Source of the DNA: Oopsacas minuta
Taxonomy: Eukaryota > Animalia > Porifera
Assembly (NCBI GenBank): GCA_024704765.1
Contig: JAKMXF010000006.1
Span: 1-64,000 of the forward strand
Length of the DNA: 64,000 bases
Reading direction: 5' to 3'
Below, in pieces: positions 1 through 12,903 of the stretch. The notes below the pieces were generated by a model, which searched no databases, was not told the origin of the DNA, and saw only the letters and a list, made by a program, of their open reading frames with translations. A program made the translations under genes and the position numbers. Numbering within the stretch: position 1 is the first letter of the stretch; every line of letters starts with the position of its first letter.

Positions 1-28
1 ATTTAGCTCTAATCATAATTCCTCAAAT

Positions 29-1285
29 ATGTTAATTACAAGAAGAATAATCATTGCAATCATCATGGTACTTCTGACTGCGACTGGTATAATAATGAAT
101 TTCTTTTACACACAAACACTGACAACTCCCATTGAAAATACTCCCAAAATTTCAACACATCCTCCAAAGATCAAAAACAAGAACATGACAGCTATTTTGA
201 ATAATTCACCATGGATTGAGTACAGAAACAATTGGAAAGGTAAAATAGTAATCGTATCTGATATGAAAAACAAAAAGATAATCCTTCCAAATCAATACGT
301 CATAACTATGGAGAAGAAAGGTCCACATCCTTTGACACAAGTTTATCCCAAATTTCTAGATCGTATTAACTCAGTGAATGATAATTGTGCAAAGTTAACT
401 CACAAATTTACCCACGAACTAAATCTTGGTAGCTCCATCTATTCCTTACATTTCAATGCTGATTATGAAGTAGTTCGTTGTCTTGTACCAAAAGCAACAT
501 CTCATATTTGGACTAAGAAATTTGGGGATATGATGAACACTGACCATCATTATACTAATGAACAAATCAGGCAGAAAGTAAGTGTTACAAACCATTTCCA
601 AAGTCCTCTAGATACAGCACGTCGTATGCAGACATATACAAAGTTTTTCATTTATAGACACCCATTTGAACGACTTATATCTGGATTTTGTGACAAATTT
701 GCTGCCACTACATTCACAACGCAGTCTTTCCTGAAACGTTATGGTAAACAAATTATTAAAATAAATTACCTTAAAAATTACAAAATATCTTCCATTAATG
801 AATTAGATGCTAAATATCCGAATTTGGACAAAGACAAAAGGCAAGAAATTATCAAGCAAATTGACCGTATGAACTTACCTATTCTAAATTATAATCTCAC
901 ATTCTTAGAATTTGTTACTTTTGTTACCGATTCTCTGAATATTCATTCGATAGATAAACTGAACATTCATTGGAAGCCAGTATCGAGATTATGTAATCCA
1001 TGTTCTGTTCATTATGACATCATCATTGATCACGACTTTGTAACTACAGAATCACAACTGTTAGTCGATTATCTCCAACAAAACAAAGAAACTAATCGTC
1101 CAATATATTTTGAACCCTATCAAAGACTTTCAACCCGTGAGAAATGTAACCAGTATTTTCGTGATATTCCGAATAACATTCGGTTGAAATTGTATGAAGT
1201 TTACCGTGATGATTTCACTTTATTCAGGTATAGCTATAATGGTGCTAGCAAGGAGTTTGCTTGTGAAGAGAATAGAACTGATTGA
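29..1285 (+). CDS. Golgi carbohydrate sulfotransferase (Sulfotransfer_2, CHST8/9/11-like), type II membrane protein
   Basis: N-terminal TM anchor; 5'-PSB-like CLVPKATSHIW; 3'-PB YRHPFERLISGFCDKF; HWKP..LCNPCSVHYD; C-terminal YxxDFxLFxY. Intronless 418 aa. Confidence 0.9.
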   Translation: MLITRRIIIAIIMVLLTATGIIMNFFYTQTLTTPIENTPKISTHPPKIKNKNMTAILNNSPWIEYRNNWKGKIVIVSDMKNKKIILPNQYVITMEKKGPHPLTQVYPKFLDRINSVNDNCAKLTHKFTHELNLGSSIYSLHFNADYEVVRCLVPKATSHIWTKKFGDMMNTDHHYTNEQIRQKVSVTNHFQSPLDTARRMQTYTKFFIYRHPFERLISGFCDKFAATTFTTQSFLKRYGKQIIKINYLKNYKISSINELDAKYPNLDKDKRQEIIKQIDRMNLPILNYNLTFLEFVTFVTDSLNIHSIDKLNIHWKPVSRLCNPCSVHYDIIIDHDFVTTESQLLVDYLQQNKETNRPIYFEPYQRLSTREKCNQYFRDIPNNIRLKLYEVYRDDFTLFRYSYNGASKEFACEENRTD

Positions 1286-1847
1286 TGACAGAGATACGGA
1301 TTGCTTATTGTTGCATACTGTATGATTTCCTTTAGTTTGGAAATTATCTTGATCTCTTGTCTACTAAAGTCTATGCTTGAGCCTAATTGCGTTGATTTTG
1401 TTAGGCCCAATTTTACCTTCTTTGGCTGTAAGAATTGGCGACGAACCCGGAGTGTTGGGGGATGTCACGAAAATTGGTCCTGGATACCAAATTTGGCCAA
1501 CCAAAAACTTATCTTAAATTATCAACAACTCCAGAGACACTGTCACAATATGCAGAGGCTAGCTTTCTACGCTAATGTCCAATTTCTGCGTTGACAATTC
1601 TAAAAGCAAGTACAAAACATAGGACCATGGAATATTGTTTCTAGATTGGTGAAAAAACTCCCCTGACAAATTTTACCCGGCCAAAATTGGTTCCGATCAT
1701 TGTTGGTGTTGGCTGGCTAAAACTGTCAGAACAACATTGGCCAGCATTTGTAAGTGGAATAACAATAATAATAATATACACTTCTATAGCGCAGATTCCA
1801 TATAAATATGTTCAATTGCGCTGTACAAGTAAAGTGCATGGATACTA

Positions 1848-2014
1848 TGGTCAAACCTCGTTAATACGAATTTCTGGTTAAGACGAACAGAATTTTACAC
1901 AATTTTAGTCCATACAATGGATGTACGATTGTTTTTACTCTGGTTAATACGTCTCCAGATAAAGAGTACAAATCTCGACGGTCCCTTGGTGTACGTATTA
2001 ACACGGTTCTACTA
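1848..2014. mobile_element. Degenerate Tc1/mariner (pogo/Tigger-like) MITE
   Basis: Imperfect TIRs tggtcaaacctcgttaatacg / cgtattaacacggttctacta, TA on both sides. Confidence 0.5.
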
Positions 2015-2862
2015 TAAATGTAAAAATTATAAATTTTTGTGTAGATACTTATTTATGTTGTGTACTGTATTCTGAAAGGGGGGACCTTCACTTGACTGAA
2101 TCATTTTCAATATGTCACTTCTCCGAAAGTACTGATGTTTTAAGTATTCTATGAATTGATTGTATTCAATTGATTATTCTAACATGCATGGGTAATACAA
2201 GGAAAATGAAATTGAAATAAGAACGAAATGAAGTAGATTTATGATTAGGTGTATACCTTGAAAATTGAATCAATAGTTGAACGGCATACGGGACAAGTTT
2301 GTCTTAGATTTTTATATTTTGGCGGCAATCGGAGCAACAATTTGCATGCCTGCATGGTATAAATACCCAAGTTTCCAGTCGTGGCATACAATACAATGGT
2401 TCCCCATTGTTGGAGTATCATCGATCACACCTTCATCTTCAGAGCTACTTGAGAATTCATCTTGAGTACTCACAACATTACCTCATAGCTTTTAGGTATT
2501 CTAGTGGATTGTATACTCTATCTTTGAGTTCATGTTTACATTTCATTCTGTCTTCATCGTGTTTCCCTACTTCCTCGTTGTAGTTTTGGGTCTCTGAAAT
2601 AGATATCTAGGATCTAAATTTCATGGAATACTAGTTCTAGAAATGGGCAAAGATCTCGTAATTTTGGCTCCTTGGACCAATTTGCCATTCGCACCGAAAT
2701 TTCGTGACAGAGCAAAAATCCATTAAATTTCAGAATTTACTATTTGCCCGCGAGAAACCATATAACTCAGGCTTATCCGTTAGAGTTTGCATCTTTGCGT
2801 TTAGATTGCTTTCTACTGATTTCATTTTTCTAAAAGATTTAGATTTGTATTTGCTTAATCTC

Positions 2863-3837
2863 ATGGCTTCAGCAGAAGAGGATGTGAAAAAAATTAAAAT
2901 CACCCCTGAGGGAGACAGCAACAATGACATTATCAAAAACAAGAATTCTCAACTGATCGATTTATCAAAATTCTTAATGACTAGTGTCCTGAATCAATTG
3001 TCTCGTAGTAAAGATATATTCATACTCGGAAAGTTCTGCGATCAGCCTGAAGGCGAACAGGCCATCGTCTTGATTAATAAAGATACTATTACAGGAGAAT
3101 CACTAGTACCTGCTACGTTTGAGAATATTTCTCTATCTGCTGATATGGGTAATGATATTTATGAGAAATATATTGCAAAGTTGCCTGTCCAACTAAGTGG
3201 TGGGAAAATCACTGTAATCCGCCCCGCGACAGAGCAACATATACGAAAATATTCCGCGCAGTTATACGGTTTTATACACGAAACACCGGAAATGTATCAG
3301 AAAATCACGAAACAGTTTATCGAGGAAAAATCACTTTCCCATAATTGGGTGTATAATATATTAGAAGATAAATCTGAAGCAGATCGAGTACTATGCAGAG
3401 ATAATGATCCTTCCATAGGATTTGTATTAATGCCAGATCTTAAGTGGGATATCACAGATAAAACAACTCTATACTTACTGGCTATTGTAATGCGTCGTGA
3501 TATCAAATCTATTAGAGATTTGACAAAAGAACATTTGCCATTGCTTAAAAATATCCGAAGCAAATCCCTTGCGTTTATCACAGAAAAATGGGGATATTCT
3601 CAACGCGAAATTCGCAGTTATATCCATTATCAGCCTTCTTACTATCATTTCCATGTACACATAACATTCTGTGGGTATGAAGCTCCAGGCACGCATGTTG
3701 GTAAAGCTCATTTACTGGAGGATGTCATTGACAATATAGAGCTAGTTTCTGAATTTTATTCCAGGAAAACTCTATCTTTCATTTACCCTACCACACATCC
3801 ATTATTCACGGCCTTAACAAAAACCTCATCTACCTAG
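2863..3837 (+). CDS. DCPS: Scavenger decapping enzyme (m7GpppX diphosphatase)
   Basis: HIT-family motif HYQPSYYHFHVH, F.LMPDLKWD, IKSIRDLTKEHLPLL, GKAHLLEDVIDNI. First in-frame ATG is 2863 (MASAEE); the ORF-track start at 2704 is a GTG extension. Confidence 0.93.
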   Translation: MASAEEDVKKIKITPEGDSNNDIIKNKNSQLIDLSKFLMTSVLNQLSRSKDIFILGKFCDQPEGEQAIVLINKDTITGESLVPATFENISLSADMGNDIYEKYIAKLPVQLSGGKITVIRPATEQHIRKYSAQLYGFIHETPEMYQKITKQFIEEKSLSHNWVYNILEDKSEADRVLCRDNDPSIGFVLMPDLKWDITDKTTLYLLAIVMRRDIKSIRDLTKEHLPLLKNIRSKSLAFITEKWGYSQREIRSYIHYQPSYYHFHVHITFCGYEAPGTHVGKAHLLEDVIDNIELVSEFYSRKTLSFIYPTTHPLFTALTKTSST

Positions 3838-4373
3838 ATTTATCTCGATGTTGAGTATATTCTTAATTCTACTGGACTAAATCACTTTAGTTAATTTGAT
3901 TTGAATTGTGTAGTTTTCTTATTATTGTTATTCGACCCATTATAATACGTAATTCATAGTAACAGATTGAATGATGACTCATCGAAATTTACCTAATACA
4001 GTGGAACTCGGATAATACTGTTTTGACAAAATGGCCCACCCCCGACATGATTATTAGTTATTTAACCATGGATTGCGGATTTCGTATTTATGATATATTG
4101 TAATCCCCTTCCAATCTCGCATCAAAAATCCTTGGACAACATCCAACCAGATATACCTACTCTCCATGGTAAATTTATAATATTTAATACCAATTTCTTA
4201 AGGGACCATTTTCGTCAAAACAAGGCTTCATCGAGAAATCAATCAAGTACGAATTATCCGAGTTTTACTGTAGTTTAGAAGCGGTAAATTTTGATGCATC
4301 ACAATATGTATTTCAACCACCCTTTCCATTTTCTGAACATGCCTATCATGCTGATATCCTATATTATAACAAC

Positions 4374-4776
4374 CAGAGCATTAAGCGCTCCTTATTCTTT
4401 GGAGCCCGCCCTGAAATAAGAGCGGCCCACCTCCGCTCTTTACTGAGAAAAGGAGCGCACTCCGGTTCCCGCTCCAATCGCGCTCCTTTAATTCTTTCAG
4501 ATTTACATTAGATTTGTATTTTAAGTAATCAGGATTGAATATAACCATTGTATATTCGGGTAATCGCTAAATGTGTAACTTCAAACCATTTCAATAAATT
4601 GTGAATTATGCAAAAGCGTCCCAGCATCACTCTTATAGCAAGAATACTGAATTTTATAAAGAATAACGATGAAATCTGTAAATTGTTTGCATTTAATAGG
4701 AGCTCCTTCAAAAATGGAGCACCACTCCACCTTTCGCTCCTGAATCATAAATAGAGCGCCCTCCTTTAATGCTCTG
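4374..4776. mobile_element. hAT-like MITE with subterminal GAGCG/CGCTCC repeats
   Basis: 11-bp TIR cagagcattaa / ttaatgctctg; 8-bp flanks ataacaac / atgacaag (6/8, degenerate TSD). Confidence 0.6.
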
Positions 4777-6240
4777 ATGACAAGCTATTGTAAAATGCTA
4801 AAGAGACGGAGGTATTCGTATAACCTAGGGGGGTATACACCAGCTTTATGATAAGCTTACATACCGTTACATAATCAAAAATATTCTGGAATTAGTATAT
4901 TGTACAACTAATACACTGTTGTAATAATTATTTTTAGAATTAATTAGGTGCACTATTTGGATAGGCTTTCGGTTGCTATAAATTTGAATTAGTTCTATAG
5001 GAATCCATTAGATTATATTAGATGCTTTGTGGCTAATTCTCCTAATTAGAGTTACTCTATAAATTATTATCGAATAGGAGGGGGCCTGACCTTAGAGCTC
5101 AGTGAACATGAACCAGTTGTTGGCTAAAGGATTTCTGTTCGTTCAACAAAAATTTGCGCCATCTTTTCCTTTTTCATGGACGTAAATAAGAGTGGGGTAG
5201 ACGGGTATATATCCTGTTCCAATTTAGCCTTTTCTTATTTAGTCTTAGACATATCCCTTCAGGGTACAAAATTACTAGCAGTATTCGAGTGTACTTCTTT
5301 TCCGAGTTCTACTGTACTTACATTCATTAATGATATGTTTGAATACAACGCTCGTATTTACTACTTCGGCCTCTTTTCCTAATCCTCGGAGAAGCTAGTA
5401 AGTATTTTCTGGAATATCAGACACTGAATTGTCCATTTAAAATACATATTCCACGCACTTAAAAGGTATGAGCTCCGCAAATATTTATTCGAGCTATCAA
5501 CTACCGTCCCAATCAACCGTGAGATTTTACCGTTAGATCCACGATAATCCGTGAGGCTCATGGATAACCAGTAAGAGTAGGCATATCTGCGCTTATTCAG
5601 GCATTTACGATATGGTAGATTGGTGACGCTAGTGTTACCAGATTATGTACATTAGAGTTCATGCCAAGTTTATGCCCAAAGTCCACGCTAATGTTCATGA
5701 TCCCTGTCATTTTCTTGTCATTAGCCAAAAGTTCTTTACCAGAGCAAAAATATGAACTTTGTTCATTATATGGCAACACTCTGACAATCAATTTCTATTA
5801 TTTGTTATTGGCTGTCAGTATTAATTGATGCTTCATGATTATATATGAATTTTACTGTACCAAATGTAATTAGTTACTCAACCAGAATTGTAATATATAT
5901 TTCTCATACTTGAGATTACACAATACGTATTTTATCACTCTTTCTGTTTTCCTTATTACATTCTATTACCACGACTTTTATAGCTACAAAGTTTGTTCTT
6001 CGTCCAACTGCTTCTCAAGTGGAAACGATTATCAGCTTATATGAATTTACCCACTCAACTACAATATCTTTATTTGCCTTCGCTTATTTTGCGTTTATTT
6101 CCTATATCAAATCAAGATCTCTATGTTGAAGAGCTCAAATCTATACATCAAATATTGAACAGCATCGAAAACACCATTTCCAAAGCATATTTCCATTTTA
6201 TGAATATATCTCTCAGTAAAAACGTAAATTTTCCTAAAAC

Positions 6241-8166
6241 ATGGCTAAAATCAATGTCAACCGTGAAGTGACCGACGTTTTCTATCGCTACAAAATGCCC
6301 GCAATTGTCGCTAAGGTCGAGGGTAAAGGCAACGGGGTGCGTACAGTCCTACCGAACCTTCATGATATCGCTAAAGCCCTTGAACGCCCATCCGTCTATC
6401 TTCTGAAATTTTTTGGACATGAAGTCGGAACACAGACTCAGATGGAGAAACAGTCTCCACAAGAGGTTAGTAATTCTTGTTTACTTAATTATTCATATCA
6501 TGTGTTTCTCTACTCTTTTATTTGGAGAAATTTGTTAATATATCTCCCTAAAATATTTTCAACTTTCCCCCACATTTTTGGTAAATATTCCCATTATAGA
6601 GTTCACTTTAGCTGTATTTTCACATAAAACATATATAGCCAGCACAAACTGAATAACATCTCTGTTCCCTAATTTAACTAACTCACTGTATTTTCTTATT
6701 TATCCATGGTACAGTGGTCCTCGTTAATACTGAATACGGTTGGTACGAATTTACGGAGAAGAAGAACAAATATTTACACATAATCAGCTCCCTACAATGG
6801 TTATTCATTGTCTGTCAGTATTCTTATTAACCATGTTCTGCTGTACTTATAATCTTATTTACAGATTCGCTATATAATCAATGGAATTCACAGTGCTTCC
6901 AAGCTCCAAGACATTCTCCATCATTTCGTGAAGAGATTCGTTTTGTGTTCTGAATGCTCCAACCCAGAAACTGACCTCTTCGTTAAGAATGACAGAATAA
7001 CTATGAATTGCAAGGCCTGTGGTTACATTGGTCAGATTGTAATTGTCAGCAAGAGTGAGGGTAAAATGGAGTCATATATCGTTAAAAATCCGATCGATGA
7101 TACAACTGGCAGCAAAAAGACCGGTAAGAAAAGTAAGAAAGCTCATGAGAAGAAGCAACGTAAATCACCAGATGATGAACGTCCTTCTGACGTCATTTCA
7201 CCAGAAGTCAAACTATCTAATGCAAACCAAGTTGATGAAGTATCTTCTGAGGAATGGACTGAGAATGTAACCAGTCTCAGTGATAAATTGAAGGGCAGAG
7301 CTATTTCGAACGTAACCGCTCTAATACAAGATGATGCTATTTCTCAGCAAACTCTACAGCAAAGAACTAATACATTATTAGAAATGGCTAAAGATATCTA
7401 CGTTAAGAAGGGTATTAGCGGTCTCAGAGGGTCGGTGACGTATCTGAAGAATGAAGCAGGTAAACTAGATTTGGAGAATAGAGCTGCTCCTATTCTTGCG
7501 GAGATTTTGTATTCTAAGTCTATTATTGAAGAAATACCAAAATCTGCTGAAGTTCTCATTCATGTAAGTTAATACATAGCTTTGTTTAATATTACTATGC
7601 CATAAGTCAGGGCCGGCCGTGAAGCTGGCAAATTGTGCCGTGACCTGACAGTATTTTCCTCGCGGGAAACTGGGAATCGAGACACAATTTTTTTGATTGA
7701 ATATAATAAAGTTAGATTAAATGATGGATTCCTTTGAAAGATCTTAATGTTATTGCATTTAGAAAGGGCGGGCATGCACCTTTTTCAAAAATTTCCCATC
7801 CATCCCCGAGGTTATTTTTCGAACACTGGCATTTTGGGATGGGATTTGGATTTCGGGTCCATCTTTCACATTTTGGATATTAATCATATCTTCACAGTTC
7901 AGTTCACATCTTAACCGATCAGGCCTGAAGTTTCACTTTCGTAATGAAAAGGAATGCTAAAATTTTCCATTTCGTATGACTAATTCCCGCACCAAAAATG
8001 ATATTTTAGCACTTTTGACATCATAAAATCAAATATTTTCCCGCAAAATTCGGTTATCGCTTAATATATGTAATTTTTAAACTGTATACTATTAGTAATA
8101 ATTATTACTTAAACACCTCTAGGCTAGTTAATCACCTTATGAATAATGTACTAATTCATTTGTATT

Positions 8167-8232
<66 letters not shown>

Positions 8233-8672
8233 GTGTATATTTTCTATAGTTCACTTATGAGAATCCAAAAGCTCAGAGACATGTGTTAGGCGTAATGGAG
8301 TCCCTTGTATTACAACATCGTTCTTTCCTACTAAAACGCGTTCCACACATCCTCAAATGTTTCTATGACAACGATCTTATTGAAGAGGAATGTATTCTAG
8401 ACTGGGATTTGAACCCAAGTAAGAAATACGTTCCAGACCATGAGCTACAGATGGAAATGCGTAAATCAGCTGGCATATTCACGTCATGGCTGAGAGAAGC
8501 AGAAAATGAACCAGGCTCAGGCACAGACGATATTGGTGATGACATCAAAGTTGAATTCGCTGAAAACAATGTAGTGAATAATTCTAACTCAGGAACAAAC
8601 CATGTTTCAGTAGGACAGGTGTCTGCACCTGTGGTTGATACAGATCTAGATGATCTCATAGATAACATATAA
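6241..8672 (+). CDS. EIF5: Eukaryotic translation initiation factor 5; exons 6241-6465, 6865-7563, 8250-8672
   Basis: INVNREVTDVFYRYKMP..KVEGKGNG; GT-AG phase-0 splicing joins ..SPQE|IRYIINGIH..; zinc ribbon FVLCSECSNPET..CKACG; W2 domain FTYENPKAQRHVL..FYDNDLIEEE..F..WLREAE. Confidence 0.95.
8167..8232. repeat. (TAC)22 microsatellite in EIF5 intron 2
   Basis: Perfect TAC run ending 17 nt before the acceptor at 8249. Confidence 0.95.
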
Positions 8673-9368
8673 GCACATTATAGACTGTATTAGATAGTGT
8701 GTTTGTAGATTAACACAGATTATTAGCATCTGTTAGAAACACTGATTAGTTATAGAGTAGTGTTTAGTCCATCTGTTAGTTAACTTACCAGTTAGTGTGA
8801 TGGTTATGTATTTGATTTATCAGCTTATTATCTGTTGTTATACCGGTTACAAGGTATTTCTGTTGTCCATATATCTGGGATGTTTTACGAATTTCGCGTA
8901 AAAGTGGAGCATGTTTATATGGGGCGAGGACTCGGGATACCCACCTAATTTTTCCTAAAATTATTCTTGCCATTGCATATTGCAGCCAATTTTCCAATTT
9001 CTGTTGATCTATTTCAGGATTTCTCAGACTCTCATGAGCTCTGACGAAACTTTGTTTTTTCAGGACCACACCCAGGACGACATATTGGTCAATTTTAACG
9101 AAATTGGTCATGTAGCTTATTAAACCTGGCCAAAATTCCATAAATTTTATATGTCCACAGTGTGGCCAAGTTGGCCTTATGACCACAGGTTAAAAACCTT
9201 AATCAATTTTTCTTTGTTATATTTATTCCGTGGAATCAATCCTCTAAATATTATTTGATTGAGAAATCCTAATGTATATTAGCAACCATAGTGGAACATT
9301 GGTATTTTCAAGTTGTACAAGTATAAATTGATCAATTATTGGGAAATGATATTTACATAACTGGAATA

Positions 9369-10238
9369 ATGGCTACAAATGAGACAATCAAAGTTATCGA
9401 TAAGTATTCTGAGGTAAAAGAATGGAAGCTACTAGACTACTCTCTCAAGAAGCAGCCTATCATAACTGTTAAGAAGGGACTAAATGCTAATGGTCTAGCT
9501 ATAGATGAACCCAATCAGCTGATCTACATGATAATTTACACTGATCATGGATTCTATTCTATACAAATTGTTACATTTGACGGAAACTTCATAACGAGTT
9601 TTGGAAATTACATGCTCGGACAACCAAATGCTATAGCTGTAACAGAGGACTGTGTATTTGTTTTGGACCTTGCGCTCTTTACTGTATTCCAGTTTAGTGA
9701 TTTCAAGATATCAGAAATTGATACATCTGCAGCTGAAGAGGAATCGCTAAGCAGCCCGTGCGGAATATGTATAGATTACAATGGAGATTTGTATGTAGCT
9801 GACACATACAATCATAGAATTTGTGTATATTCAATTGATTTAAAATTCCTGAGTTGCTTTGGTCACCAAGAGCTACATGATCCTCAAGATGTAACAACCA
9901 CTCATAGCACTATAGTAGTTCTAGATTTCGGTCCCAATTGTGTACACTTTTACTCGAGAAATGGAGACCTGTTACACTCATGTGTTTCTAATGGTCCCGA
10001 TGATTTAGTGTATTATCCAACCGTCTTCTGTTTGGATCCAGCAGGATTTATTCTTATTGCTGATTATTGTCGTCATAATATTAAAATACTATCTCCCACA
10101 GGGCAAATAATCCATGCTATAGGGAGGAGAGGACATGGTAAAGGGGAATTTGTACGTCCACAAGGTATTTGTATATCTAGTCAAGGAATTATATTTGTTA
10201 GTTCTGTTAATCGTAATTTCCCTTTACAGTTATTCTAG
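9369..10238 (+). CDS. NHL-repeat beta-propeller protein lacking the N-terminal coiled coil
   Basis: Repeats such as PCGICIDYNGDLYVADTYNHRI and GRRGHGKGEFVRPQGICI; paralogue of 55978-57207; ATG 9369 (MATNE). Confidence 0.85.
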   Translation: MATNETIKVIDKYSEVKEWKLLDYSLKKQPIITVKKGLNANGLAIDEPNQLIYMIIYTDHGFYSIQIVTFDGNFITSFGNYMLGQPNAIAVTEDCVFVLDLALFTVFQFSDFKISEIDTSAAEEESLSSPCGICIDYNGDLYVADTYNHRICVYSIDLKFLSCFGHQELHDPQDVTTTHSTIVVLDFGPNCVHFYSRNGDLLHSCVSNGPDDLVYYPTVFCLDPAGFILIADYCRHNIKILSPTGQIIHAIGRRGHGKGEFVRPQGICISSQGIIFVSSVNRNFPLQLF

Positions 10239-11198
10239 ATTATTTCTTTTACCTGTACTTATTTCAGAATGTAGAAATGCTGGGGTTAACAGCAAATCCT
10301 TCATCCCTCAAAATCAATTTACAACTCTCCAAATTTTGTTTTAAACGCTGTTACATCATACACAGAGTTAATTAGTTGCTATTAATATTGTAATGACTTC
10401 CTCATCAATATACGTACTATAAATTTGTTTCATTCTACTCTAACTGAAATATTGTGACGTCAATCTGTTTCAGATGTCTTGTATACTATTTAGAGGCACT
10501 GATATTCAACATCTATAATATTCAAGAGACTAAGACATTTTGAGGCTCGGCGATTGTCGCGCGAAGCTCTTTGTCAAGTCTTCATATTTCTCGAAAATTA
10601 GTTCGGAATGTGATCGAAATTTGTTATGTAGTAATTGCTGGAAAATCTTCATTGTTCCGCGTACAAGTCTCAAATAGGCTTCAGAACTTGAGACAGCGCT
10701 TCGCTTGTCAATCGCGCTCAATTCCGCTACGCTCGTTAGCACATTTAATATTTAAGGAAGTGAGGGAATTAATCCCCTTGAATCAAAATCCTACATCAAT
10801 CATTGATCAAAAATTTCACAAATTTTCACCATGAAATAATAAACATGTAGAAACTATTTGCCATAAGCTCTATTTCACGTAATGGACATGCGCTGTGTAC
10901 TTCTTATTACCTCCGAGCTCAAATATCCATGGTACTTTAATACAGTGCCTCACAAAGCAGGACCTAAAATTATCCAGCTCAAATAAAATTTTAAATTTAT
11001 TAAAACTGCAAACATTTCTGGTCGCTACTTGTGCTGTTTCCATCCGTAGTTATTTTCATACAGAACCCGTGAGACTTGCTGCTTTTCCTTAAGATTCGGA
11101 ACTTCCGCTTACAGCTCGTCTATTACGTCTATTTCTTATGACAAATACAACTCAATAAATCCATTCCAAGCTTATGCTATGTTATTCTGATACAATTA

Positions 11199-12459
11199 AT
11201 GGCCTCATTTGAACCAAATCAATCTTCCCCCCGGTATTCCAGTTCAATCACGTAACTTTCCGACTTATGGGTATCAACCACAGTCGAGGAAAATCAATTT
11301 TGATTGTTTGAAAGATTACATAAAAGAGAAGAAAGAAGAAATCAAGATTCATTTTAAAGTATACTATGATACCCTCAAGGAGACTGAATCTATGTTACTG
11401 GGAGATCTGGACGCTATTCTAGATATTATAAGTAAAGAGAAGGAAAAGGAACAAAGGCAATTGAAAGAAATTACAGCTACACAACAATTCATGAAGGAAC
11501 AGCTAAAAACCTCTGAAAATGAAATGTTAAGAAAGCATTATATTTCATTAGCAATTGATATTCAAAAATTGTGTAAGAAAGCAAGTGAATTTTCAGAAGT
11601 TAAGATTGAATGGAAGCATTTAGGTTTATGTGAGATAATAAATGAAGTTTGTGACATCACATATCCTAATACAACTCGTTACTATAATAACCGTGAAGTA
11701 ATAATGTCTGCTGCTCCTGGGTTTCCTGAATGTTCCCACTGGGATTGTTGCTATGATAAGAATGATAATATGATCTATTTACTTACGACTATGCAAGACA
11801 ATACTGGATATACCACTCTCATTTATACATTTGATCAGAAACTTAATTTGCTTTCAACAGGTGAAATACCCAATAATTCCGGTTACTGGTCTCCTTGGAT
11901 CACAACTAGCCAAGATTATATATTTATTACTGCAGGAGTGAATTGTGAAGATTTTGTGATGCGTATTTCAAAATCAAACTATTCAAATGCAAATATCAAA
12001 AGTCTTGATATTGTACCGACAAAATCAGTAGTTCTAGGAGGTTATCTGTTTTCAACTTCCGATGTTAGTGCGGTTTTGTATAAATTCAGAATTAAGGATC
12101 TTAATAAAGAGAAGGATGTTACTCTAACAGGTTGTAGGCGAGATGGCACTAATATTGACTTTTCATATGGTAGGGATATACATCTACGAGATTCAGAATT
12201 CTACATTCTTTTCAATTCAAGAACATTACGTGCTGTATGTTCTTTCAGTGAAAAAGGTGCTCTCCTTAGAGAGATTGTTACAAATCCTCGTAGATTGACA
12301 AACCCTACTCACTTCTGTATGGATAATGATAATAATATCATTATAGCTGATCGTGGTAAGATAATAATATTTGATAGTTATGGCAGACCAATCGGCAGTT
12401 TTGAAATGGTCTCTTTAGTATTAAATCTATTACTTATAATTCTATCACTAATCACATAA
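11199..12459 (+). CDS. Coiled-coil plus divergent NHL-like propeller protein; start requires a one-base correction
   Basis: Long ORF with helical N-terminus and LTNPTHFCMDNDNNIIIADRG. ATG 11199 is one base out of frame; removing one C from the C6 run at 11227-11232 gives MASFEPNQSSPGIPVQSRN. The 3' end may be spliced. Confidence 0.6.
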
Positions 12460-12635
12460 TTATTCTAACAGCAAAGAACGATAAATGGTTACATGCTTAC
12501 TAATTCCTATCTCTAATTACTAAATAGTATATTCGTAATTTTATTTTATTTTCACTTATTCTATCATTCTATTTATTTTTTTATGATGCATATTCTTTAA
12601 TTACTTTATTTCTGAGCTCAGTTGCTGGTCATGAA

Positions 12636-12903
12636 CAGTGTTCTCGCTAGGCCTTTTTTGGGGGGCGCAGCCACCCCTTATTGTGATTATGCACCCCTAT
12701 CGTGCCTAAATAGACATAGTGTACCCCTCTATCGTGCCTAAATAGACATAGTGTACCCCTCTATCGTGGATAAACAATGTTATATATTCACCCAAAAAAC
12801 GGGCCATCATCTTCTTTCTCCTTAAGGGTGTATTTTTACGCGTATTGTGCACAGAGTGTGTACGGCGCACCCCCCCTATTACATAATCCTGACGAGAACA
12901 CTG
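12636..12903. mobile_element. hAT MITE containing a 32-bp tandem repeat (12697-12768)
   Basis: TIR cagtgttctcg / cgagaacactg; perfect 8-bp TSD gtcatgaa (12628-12635, 12904-12911). Confidence 0.92.

Noticed and set aside
2863-8672. DCPS next to EIF5 as a functional mRNA-metabolism cluster
   Set aside because: Two housekeeping neighbours in a compact genome; no shared regulatory evidence.
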